Positions 41,901 to 53,900 of a stretch of DNA of 64,000 nucleotides are shown here, one piece after another. The stretch comes from Bispira polyomma (Eukaryota). The DNA is taken from NCBI GenBank assembly GCA_965649765.1, contig OZ287758.1, positions 45,198,001 through 45,262,000 of the forward strand. The letters are read 5' to 3'. Position 1 is the stretch's first letter; the number at the start of each line of letters is the position of its first letter. The position numbers and the translations under genes are program-made. The notes below the pieces were generated by a model, which worked only from the letters and a program-made list of their open reading frames with translations, had not been told where the DNA came from and did not search any database.

Positions 41901-44900
41901 TGATTTGTGGAACATATCCTGGCAAGCAGTTCTCTGATAATTTTTTTTAAGGATCTTCAGCCTTCCCTCTCGCATTAATCTCTCTTGTATTGGTTCAAGT
42001 CAAGTATTGTTAGCAGCCATAGCCTCATTCAAACATTCAAACTCTATCTCTTCTGATTTCCAGCACTCTGCATTATTTCTGAACTGATCTTTTTCATTTA
42101 ATTGCAGTGTCCTATTATATTGACACATGTCATTTCACTTTGATAGCTTCAGATCATATCATTAGCTATAATCAATTGGGAGAGACCGTAGCTCATCCTG
42201 CTCTCGCAGAATCAGAGCAATTCGAAAATTTGGCCATGAATATGGATCACGCCCTTAAGGCTTTGTGACGTAAACACAAAAAACAATCGCCACTAAACCA
42301 TGTTATCAATGAAAAAAACTGTCTAGAAACATACACTACTTTGTTAGACAAGCCTCAAAGTTAATTTTTAAAAACCATACCTTCGAAAATGATAAAGATG
42401 GGATTAAATAACAATTCAAGCTCAATTTGATAAATTTTAACATCCATTTTACCAATTTACCAGTATTATATAAATAAGTGTATATTTATAAGAAAAATAT
42501 GAATATTTGACTCAGTACACCCTTCCCAAATATGACACAAAGCACATACATATACGGGTTCAATATTACCATAAATCACACCATCAGATAAACAAATATA
42601 TCAGTATTATTTTTTATGATTGATTTAATTTTCATTAAATTTTAATAAAAATGCAATAAACTCACAAAAAAAAAAAAAAAAAAAAAAAATCATACAAAAT
42701 ATGAGTGTGTAGCGTATGTAATATCTTATATATGCTAGATCAATACATCTATTGTGTCACAATAGAAAGGCTTCTAACTGAGAATTGTGTACAAATATGA
42801 CGTCATAATAGGAGAATCGTTGTATGGGAGGTTATAAAGTTTTATAGCAAAGTATTATTGTTTTAAATTGTCTAGGTATATGAAAATAGTTGAACATCTT
42901 GGTAAAGTGTTGTTTCACTATCAAGTTCAATCGGCAAAAAGGCCCGACTTTGAGATCGGGGCAAAAAAATCAAGAAAATTTATTTTTGGTGGGGAAAATG
43001 AAACTGTGGGATGACCTTCTAGATCGAACTGATTGTGCCCCGATATGACGGGACACTGACCCTGATCAAACTTAAAGATCATCTGCCTTGGAACTGCAAG
43101 TTGGCAAGACCTTCCACAATGTGGTAGGATCGAACCTATTGGCGATAGGATCTGATATATTTCCCTTTGATCAAACGTATTGGCAACACGATCTAACGGA
43201 TTCATAACCCAAACCATTAAGATTGAACATTATAAAACTGAAGTCGGGACTGCTGTGCGAAGGCTGTCTGACCCTAAAAATATCCCTTTTGAGCCCTAAA
43301 ACTCATGGATTATTGAGTAACTAATTGAATACAATGGCAGCAATCGACAAAAGAGAATGTATGAGGAGACTACGGACTGTTTTAGCTTTCTTGAGTTACA
43401 AATATGCTTCCTCATGGTGATACTGCAACAGAAGAGAGACAACACTTAGGCTCAGGCTCAAGAGGAATTGAACCCAAGACCACCGGCCCCTTAGGCTCCC
43501 CCGGAGAAGGTCTGGCTTCCACGAATGTCAACCCTACACTGGGTCAAACCCTGGATCGGGCGAAGAGAGGCCCTGAGATATTACACTAACCTAATGCCAG
43601 AGCTAGAAGAAGGGAATGGACGTGGATACAGAAACTTTTTAGGTTGCCTCCGGATCTATTCGAGGAAATCAAAGAGAGGATCACACCCCATGTCAAGAGA
43701 GCCGCAACCTGGTACTGAAAGCTCCTGGATGTAAGACTGAAACTGACAGTCACCTTGACGCACTAAGCCACTGGGGAGAGTTACAGTTTCTTGTCATACC
43801 AATTCAGGGTGGGGAGATCGACCATCACCAAGTTTATTCCAGAAATCTGTAAGGCCATTATCCTAGAATACGAGATCAAAAACCTGGCCTGCCTAACCAC
43901 CCCGCAGACTGGATAGAACTGGAAGAAATCTACAGAAACCAATGGAACATCTCTCACACTGTGGGCTCTATTGACGGAAAGAGTAGCCATCAAGAAACCT
44001 CCCAAGGCTGGCAGTGAATTTTTTAACTATGAAGGGTTCCATTCGATTGTGCTGTTAGCCCTGGTTGATGCTGACTACAGATCTATTTGGGTGAACATTG
44101 GCTGCAGTGGTTTCTGACACTCAAATTTTCAACGACTCATGACCTAAAGGAAAAGTTGGAAGACGAATCCATCGGGCTGCCAAGACCTGCACCACTTTTT
44201 GAAGGATCTAAAAGTGATGTTAACTACTTCCTACTTGGGGATGATGCCTTTACTCTGAAGTCCTGCTTTATGAAACCAAATTTAAGGAAGGCACTGACCA
44301 ACAAATAAAGGATATGCAACTATAGAATATCCAGGGGAAGGAGGGTCACATTTGTAATATTTTTCAGCAGGTTCTGGCTTCTATTGACAACCATGCAACA
44401 ACATCCTTTAGCGGCCTTAAACCAGACTTTTACATGTTTTATATCACACAATATCCTAAGAAGCCGCTGAGGAAACCCAGCACTGGAGCACAAAAATCCT
44501 CAAGATGTTCCTCCTGAGCCTAAGGAGCAGCTTGTGGGAGATCAAAAGGTCAACGATAGAAATCCATCTAGAGGGGGAAAAGAGCAAAGAGTCACTTTGC
44601 AAAATGATAGAATATAAAGATTGAGTTAGAGCCTAACCATCTGAGCCCATTGAGGAGCCACTCCGAACCTGAGATGTTGCAGTAGCTGCAAAGAAAAAGT
44701 TCCTTTTGAGGATTACCCAAATATTTTAAGAACAATTACTAAGCTGTTTATTACAACCCTCACTCTCTTACACATCTCACAAAACACACTTCATACGGTT
44801 TAAACCCAGCACCCATACACGTAATATTTTTGGCCCCACCATAGAAACATAGTAGATTCAATGTAACAGATCATTTTTCTAATTTTGTCATTTGTATGAC

Positions 44901-47900
44901 AACGTGTTTGGGAACAAAACTGGGTTCAAACCTAAAAGTGGTGTGATCACTTGTTTGGAAGAGAAATTTATTATTTTGGCCATGAGCAACTCTTTGTATT
45001 CCACAACTGTCAAAATATAGGGTTACAAAGAGTTTTCCCTTTTTTATTCTAAATTATTTTTAAATCATTTCTTTTCTCTCATTATTTAAAAAAAATTGCC
45101 ATGGAAAGAGAGACTTTTTCTCTCAATTTGGTGATTATTTGGGCTTTCTTTATTTCTGTTACTTGGAGATTTACTGTTATTTAATTATAACTCTTGGCCA
45201 TTGGTTTTTAAGTTCTGTATATTTGCAATTGTTTGAGTAAGGACAGTGTAATCTGTTTGTTTGAAATTTTATTTAGGGTTTGAACTCTGGGCCACTGATT
45301 TCTGTGTGTATGTGTGTGAATTTTTTTTGAGGGGACTGTGTAATCTGTTTTTCTTTGGGTTATATTTTGGGTTTTGAACTTTGGGCCAATGATATTTTTA
45401 TTTTTGTCTGTATGTGTGAATTGTTTTTGAGGTGACGGTGTAATCTGTTTGTTTAGGGTTTTCAGCATACAAGCTCAGATATTTTTCTTCAAAGATTTAG
45501 GTCGCACTGAAAAGGGCCAGAGGTTCTGACTGGCGGCCTTCAAAATAAAATCAGCTAACAGGAGATTGTTGACTGGCTACTATGGTGGTGGTGTTGACTG
45601 TGGAGGTGGAGTTGGCTGCGACTGTGAAGCGGGTGGGGGCTATTGCTGTTGCAGGGTGAGCGATCCAAGCTGAGTTGCTGAACATTCACTGTGATAAGCT
45701 CTGATGATTCAACTTCTCTAAGCTGCTTATCTGACACTGGTGTTGAAAGAGGTACTGGCTTGTTGGAGCTACGGATCTGTTCATACATAAAGTCTTCCTG
45801 GTTATACCGTAATTCCTGGTTATACCGTATCAGAAATGTTGGAATTGATGAAGTGTTATGAGCCAATTCTTTAAACATAGTGGAGGCATTCAACGGCGGG
45901 CTAGAGAACTGTTTACTGGGTGAGAGCTAGCCATCTCACCTTTGTGGTACCCCCTGTGATGCCATCTGAGAAATAGTATGCTAACAGAGTCTGACTCTGC
46001 AATACCTTCTGCAGAGCAGCCTGAGAAGAGGTATCTGTATCCAGCACGAGAACTGAATGCCGTGGAGGCTGCTGAGGCTGCTGCAGAGGTAACTGCTGAG
46101 ATATCTGCTGTGAAATGCAGCTTAAAACTGGTGCTCGAGACCGCTTGAAACTGGGAATTGTTCTCACAAAGGTGTTTCATGAGGTGGCTGCTGATATCTG
46201 AGCCCTAACAGGGTGGACAATTTCTCTGGATACTCATCATACTTGTCTCTGTGGAACTGTTTCCGCCAATACTGCAACACCTTGACAAGTCATGTACCTC
46301 TGTCTGATGCTGTGGGGATGCTCCCTGTGGGGATGCTCCCCTGTGTGCACATGACAGCTGGCTCTAAAGCAGAAGACTTGATGTGATGCACTATGTGCGA
46401 CCCAAGAAATGAAAAGTGGGGCCTGTTCTTCCTCTCTGTGAAATCTAGTGCTCCTTGTCCTGACTTCTTGGCCATCAGCTTGCCAAAGTGGGTATGCTGG
46501 GATTCAAACCAGGTCTTGACTTTGGTTATCTTGAGGGCGCGACTGTTGGCAAACTCCTCCCAGAGCCTGTCTGTCAGAGATTTGTCTTTGAACTGTTTAT
46601 ATTGCTGGTTGTATAATACCTCGTTATTCCGGACAAAATCCACTGTGGCCTCCTCATCTGCGTTGGTCAGTATCATGTTGACCCTCGACTCCAACGATCC
46701 CTCTCTGTCACTCTTGTCACTGTGTGCCGGAATTGCCCTCTGATCATTCTTTTTCTGTCTGTCAATCTCATCTGATGAAACTTTAAACATTAAAGTCCCT
46801 CCCTGTCTCCCTCTTCTTTTATGTCTTCATCTTCCTCTTCATCCTCTTTCCACTCGGCATATTTATTTATGTTGTGTATATTTTAAAAAACCTAAGCTTT
46901 AACACTTTCCCTAAACTCAAAGACATACAATAATTGAAAACAAAAAAAAAATCCTCTCAGCTAAAAACACAACTGGTATACCAGCCAGCAATCTCCAAAT
47001 ACAACAATTCTAGCACTGTGAGGATGTTTTTGTACCCAAACACCCTGGCAAGCCCAATTTTGATCCTATTGGTCAGAAGTGAATACATCAGATCCTACTT
47101 GCAGTAATTTTGATCGTATCCCTCCCACGTTCGATCCTTTAGCCCACCTGGCAGATGTGATAGTCAATACGTTCTGTCCTACTCTGGCTACTTTGATCAG
47201 GTTAAAAAACGTATCAACTCCAAGTTCTGATCAAATGACAGTAAGTTTGATTGGGGCACAATACATCAGATTGGAATATGAGTAAGTTTGATCTCAATAC
47301 TAGCCTGTTCTGTCCTGCAAAAAAATGGAGCAAATCTGAGTAGGATCAAACAGCCCAGTAATAGGACAGGCCTGGAGTGCGGTAAGACCTATCCGACACA
47401 ATGTATTGACAATACGATTGAATGTATTCATCAATATGATTTAGAGGTGTGGGTAAGTCAGATACTTTTAGAAAATATCAAACATATTTGATATCCTTCC
47501 CCACCTTCACGACCACCCCATTTTTGCCCCCAGACCTATACGATCATGCCCCGGACCTCAAAATCGGAAAGGTCGGCCACCAAATTGGCATAGTGAAATC
47601 ACCATTAAAGGAATAATTTTAAGGCTGTGCATATTCAAGCGAAAATGAGTAGGATTTATTAGTATTTGATGTATTTGTGTGTTTACGTTACTAACCCCTT
47701 TAGACAGAATAATCTGTCCCTATTTAGCCGGATTCCTTGCTGATATTCTGACAGCTAAATCACGATAAGGGACAGAATAGATACCATGAATCGACATAGA
47801 TAGAGATAGAATCTCGTTAAAATAAAAATATACCCTCATTACCTATATATGATATAGTAGCCAATTTTCTGTTATTTCATGCCTACATAAAATGAAAACT

Positions 47901-50900
47901 AAACCACAAACATTGGCACAATTCTGTCGGCCATATTACATCAGGCTAAATTTCCAATGTTTTGCTTATGGTAGCCGCTCCATCGCCAATCGGCTATACA
48001 TCAGTTTAAAAAGCTATCATTGGTCTACTCGCCCATTGGTTTATAATTCACCTTCAGTGGTCAGACAACACTTAATATGCGTATGGCCATAGTAGGACCT
48101 TGGCTAGTTTAAGCTTTATCAGCATGATAATCTGAGTGTGACTTTACATACAGGTAATTACACAACCGGCAGTTGAGGGCTGTGGTCTAATAGGAGGAAT
48201 TTGGCATTTATTCTGAAGTATTAAATCAAATAAATATGAAACTTTAGTTTTCAGTGATATCTAATATATGATTTACCTTTATACATACGGTGTGACAGCA
48301 TTCATTAATATTTTACTATATTCCTTGGTTTTTGTTCTAATTTTTCATCTAATAAGCCGTACTCTTTCATAAATATCATTTTTGCAATCTCACTACAATC
48401 ATGTGGTGGTATTTAGCTACATACTTAGTTTTTGACTTTTGATCTGGTGACTATAAACAGTTTCACACCACTTACTGTTTCGGTCGTTGTGCTGCTACCT
48501 TGTACCACAATGACATCAGCTTCACCAAAGTCTGATAACGTGAAACAAAATCTCCTGAGGGTGAATGTGCTTGTTGTAAATAGTGTAGGATTCAGTGTGT
48601 AGACGAAATCATCCTCCTCAGTGACTGCGATTCTATTATCCGACCCAGTAAAGGCTAAGGCTGCAATGGTTGGTTTAAATTCTAAATTATTGGCCAAAAA
48701 TGTACCACTTCCAAATGTTGACTTGACAAACACTTCATTTACTGAGCATACAATTGCAGGTGTGGTGGTCGTTGGTGTGGTATTGGTAATTGATGTTGGT
48801 GAGGCCATTTTAGGAATACCTTTAATAGAAATACATATACAAAACAGTATAAAATGTTGCTTCTCAGTAAATATATCACAAATTATATATTCAATAAGAC
48901 AATTAAGATATGTATTAGCGAGGCAACTTAAACATTTTCTCACACGAAAATATCCAACAATAACATTTAAGTCCCTAGGATACTTGCACTTGTAGATACT
49001 GATTAGTGTTATTTATATTATCCACTTACTAATTGCTATCGTGGAAGCCTCCATGATTTCAGAATACAGGATACATATTCTCCAAGAAAACTCAAGGACA
49101 ACTTAAAGGAATGCTATGTGGAAGTACTTGTACACATGGAATAAACCTGTACTTGTGACCACACATTTTAATAGAGCTTCAGTGTTATATGTATTTGTGC
49201 ATTAACCAGAGTATATATGCAACAATCACTACAGCCTGATAATTGTGCGTAAGCTACTCGTAAATTCACCCCTTGCCTCATTGGTTAGGAGCACCAATGT
49301 TGATTTGAATGCTGTTCTTTCCTTCATGTGGGAAACATTGTCAGGTAGTTGCTGCAGGTTAGTGCTTTACAGTGTGCTTCAGCATAAGTCTCTTTGACAA
49401 TTGAATCTGGCCATGTTGAGATATGTCACCTAGCGTTGTGAATGAACTAAATTCAAATTCTATAGCTCTTTTAGTAGGATGAAACTGTGTTTTGACTGGC
49501 TGAGTGTCAACCCGGTAAGCCAGTGATGAATAGAATTAGTTATTTTATCAGAGGGAAGAAATCAAATTTAAGTTGACTTCTAAATGCACCAGTATGTTGT
49601 CTTATACTATATATCTAATAAAATATTTACATCGTAAGGCTTTGAGCTCAGATATTCTAATGAGAAACTGCTTTTATATTATAAATATTAATATGTGCAA
49701 TAGTTTGTGGTAGATTTTAAAAGCACTGGAAACTCCTTTTATCAAAATTGTGGAACACAATGTGATTTACATCAAGTAGTATGACCATATTGTTAACAAA
49801 TAAAATATCAACAATACTTACATCCAAGGACTTTGAGCTGAGATATCCTGACAACAGGCTTGTTGGTCAATGCTGGTACCAAGCTATTGATTTTGACACG
49901 TTCAACTGTTTGAGGCAAGTCTTTTTCAAAACACTGCAACTTGTTTTCATTAAAGGCCTGAAATATATGCCATATATATTTATGAAAACAGAATGTGATG
50001 TAGCTCTTTAGCGTGTGCTGTAATATTTGTGGGCATATATGATGCACAAACAATTCAAGCTGGGCTATTTGTATTTTTACTAGTCATTGGCAGTGACATT
50101 TTTGCATGTTTATAAAGTAAATATTTAGGGTATTGTAAAACAGGGAGTAGATATTGTCCAAATTCTTCTTTGGATTCATCAATAAGTCTGTTTAGATTAC
50201 CTCATTTCTGCGTGCGGTTTTGCCAATTTTTTGGTATCGGTGAAACATAATATCTTAGCTGGTGATCTGCAAAATCTTCTTAAGGGTTTAGTAACGTAAA
50301 CACAAAAACACAACGGCGATAAAGTATGATTCTCTACGAACACCCATTTCTACTCTGTATACCAACTATGATGGCTTTAAAAATATACTTTAGTGAGGTT
50401 TTTAACTATTTTTATATGTCCAGACAAATTGAAAGGTTAACACTTTGCTATAAAGCTACAAAAAACCCTATATAATGATTCTTGTATTGTGACGTCACAC
50501 AATTTAAAAATCTATGTAGAACGTCATATTTGTAAACAAATCTCAGAGAGAGTCCTTTCTATTGTGACATAATACGAGTATTGATCCAGCATATATCAGT
50601 ACAATATAGAGGCTACAAAACTTTATAAAACATGTATATTATTTCTAGTGATTTACATTTTCCAGTATGTTTCCTTATTTTATAAAAAAACAAAGAATAT
50701 AAAACATCTTTCTGTTTAGAATAGTGTAACTTTAATGTTTTTCTAAAATAAGCCCAGTTTTTGTGCTTTTATTAAAAAACGAATTCATTCAAAATAATGC
50801 TGATGTTTTCCTTTTTCTAGTCATGCAGAATACTTTAGTATTGATTCTTTCTTGGTATGTGAATTGTGTCACGTTTGTGAAGCATATACTTTGAAAATAT

Positions 50901-53900
50901 TACCCATTTTAGTTATAATTTTACACACTGCTATAAGTATTGTGTGTCTCAAGATGCCTTATAAAATGATACGTAAAATATATGAAGTAGTATATAATTA
51001 AAATATATGTCATTATTTATAATTCTACTTATGAAAACGTAAATATGTTATCTATAAATCGAGTTTAAGGCCACACAGAAAAAGTTGTGCTGTTTCTGAG
51101 AAGCTCAAACACACATAACGTGGTTTTCGGCAATCAGTTTATGTGTTTACGTTACTAAACCCTTAAGTTTGTGACCAAATTTCATGCTGATGGTTAAAAC
51201 CAAATCTACAATGCTTCCTACGATGTGTGTTGGGAAATTTACCAATTGATCCAAGGCATTTTTGATAGATAATAAGCACCTGATTGGAAGGTTTACTCTA
51301 TTGGTCAGATTAAAATCCAACACTTGTGCAATACATTTTGAGGGTGCACAGGACAGGCGTACACATATATCTATACTAGTGTTGAAATCAGATAGATTAA
51401 TACAGTTTTGTATGTGTACTTAAAACAAATAGAAAGTCGCCACATAGCAATGCAACAAACCTTTTTGTCTTTTACTTTTTGATGTGCAAGTCCAAAATCC
51501 AACACCAAATTGCCAGATACAGCATTTTCAATATGAACACAAAATATTAAAACTCGAAAGCTTTGCAAATTTGACATTTGTATCAATATGTTATTTTTAG
51601 GAATGCTTGTGTCTAATTCATACGATGTTGTTAAATCAAATGCAGCTTTCTGTACTTCAATATTAGAAAGATTAAGTTTAAGGAGAATTTGAAGGTCTCC
51701 ACTACCATTGCGACTGGAAACAAAGGTTTCATTTTGAAAACAGCTGTCTGAGGGCTTAGTGGTGGTTGGTATAGTGGTGGTAGGTGTAGTGGTGGTTGGT
51801 ATAGTAGTGGTTGATGTAGTAGTGGTTGGTGTAGTGGTGGTTGGTGTAGTGGTGGTTGATGTAGTGGTGGTTGGTGTAGTGGTAATACGTGTAGTGGTGG
51901 TTGGTGTAGTGGTGGTTGATGTAGTGGTGGTAGGTGTAGTGGTGGTTGGTGTGGTGGTAATACGTGTAGTAGTGGTTGGTGATGTGGTGGTTGTTATAGT
52001 AGTGGTTGGTGTAGTAGTGGTTGGTGTAGTGGTGGTAGGTGTAGTGGTTATTTGTGTAGTTGTGGTTGGTGTAGTGGTGGTTGATGTAGTTGTGGCAGGT
52101 GTAGTTGTGGTTGGTGTAGTGGTGGTTGATGTAATTGTGGTAGGTGTAATTGTGGTTGGTGTAGTGGTGGTTGGTGTAGTGGTGTTAGGTGTAGTGATGC
52201 TAGGTGTAGTGGTGGTTGATGAAGATGTGAGAAGTGGAATACCTGTAACAGTCAAATATATATAATATATACCTAATACATTAAATGAACAATCGAGATT
52301 ATGGTATTTAATACAAATTATGTTGAATTAAATAGGCTTTTTATACAAATAAATATCAACAATACTTACATCCAAGGACTTTGAGCTGAGATATCCTAAC
52401 AGCAGGCTTGTTGGTCAATGCTGGTACCAAGCTATTGATTTTGACACGTTCAACTGTTTGAGGCAAGTCTTTTTTAAAACACTGCAAATTGCTTTCATCA
52501 AAGGCCTGAAATATATGTCATATATGTTTATAAAAACAGAGTGTGATGTAGCTCTTTAGCGTGTGTTGTAATATTTGTGGGCATATATGATGCACAAACA
52601 ATTTAATCTGGGCTATTTGTATTTTTATTAGTCATTGACAGTGACATTTTTGCATGTTTATAAAGTAAATATTTTAGGGTATTGTAAAACAGGGAGTAGA
52701 TATTGTCTAAATTCTTCTTTGAATTCATCAATAAGTCTGTTTGAAGTACCTCATTTCTGTGTGCCGTCTTGCCAATTTTATGGTATCGGTAAAACATAAT
52801 ATCCTAGCTAGTGATCAGCAAAATCTTCTTAAGTTTGTGACCAGATTTCATGCTGATGGTTAAAACCAAATCTACAATGCTTCCTACGATGTGTGTTGGG
52901 AAATTTACCAATTGATCCAAGGCATTTTTGATAGATAATAAGCACCTGATTGGAAGGTTTACTTTATTGGTCAGATTAAAATCCAACACTTGTGCAATAC
53001 ATTTTGAGGGTGCACAGGACAGGCGTACACATATATCTATACTAGTGTTGAAATCAGATAGATTAATACAGTTTTGTATGTTTACTTAAAAAAAATTAGA
53101 AAGTCGCCACATAGCAATGCAACAAACCTTTTTGTCTTTTACATTTTGATGTGCAAGTCCAAAATCCAACACCAAATTGCCAGATACAGCATTTTCAATA
53201 TGAACACAAAACATTAAAACTCGAAAGTTTTGCGAATTTGACATTTGTATCAATATGTTATTTTTAGGAATGCTTGTGTCTAATTCATACGATGTTGTTA
53301 AATCAAATGCAGCTTTCTGTACTTCAATATTAGAAAGATTAAGTTTAAGGAGAATTTGAAGGTCTCCACTACCATTGCGACTGGAAACAAAGGTTTCATT
53401 TTGAAAACAGCTGACTAAGGGCATTAAGATGGTTGGTGTAGTAGTGGTTGGTGTAGTGGTGGTTGGTGTAGTTGTGGTTGGTGTAGTGGTGGTTGGCGTA
53501 GTGGTGGTTGGTATAGTGGTGGTAGGTGTAGTGGTGGTAGGTGTAGTTGTGGTTGCTGTAGTGGTGGTAGGTGTAGTTGTGGTAGGTGTTGTGGTGGTAG
53601 GTGTAGTTGTGGTTGCTGTAGTGGTGGTAGATGTAGTTGTGGTAGGTGTTGTGGTGGTTGGTGTTGTGGTGGTAGGTGCTGTGGTGGTAGGTGTAGTAGT
53701 GGTTGGTGTTGTGGTGGTTGGTGTAGTGGTGGTTGGTGTTGTGGTGGTAGGTGTAGTGGTGGTAGGTGTAGTGGTGGTAGGTGTTGTGGTGGTAGGTGTG
53801 GTGGTGGTAGGTGTAGTAGTGGTTGGTGTTGTGGTGGTAGGTGTTGTGGTGGTAGGTGTAGTGGTGGTTGGTGTAGTGGTGGTTGGTGTTGTGGTAATAT

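Larger units (their letters stand above)
42906..47605. mobile_element. PIF/Harbinger DNA transposon (decayed autonomous copy)
   Basis: TAA at 42903-05 and 47606-08; degenerate TIRs (..TTTCACTAT, ccga.tttgag..cggggca); convergent transposase and MADF genes. Confidence 0.88.
42259..47698. mobile_element. Older TTAA-type (Kolobok-like) MITE interrupted by the Harbinger element
   Basis: Ends GGCTTTGTGACGTAAACACA / TGTGTTTACGTTACTAACCCC; 42730-42905 is reverse-complement-similar to 50390-50595 of the intact MITE. Confidence 0.7.

Noticed and set aside
41830-42170. Possible LTR-retrotransposon pol fragment on the minus strand
   Set aside because: Coding-like composition, but no diagnostic motif I could identify.
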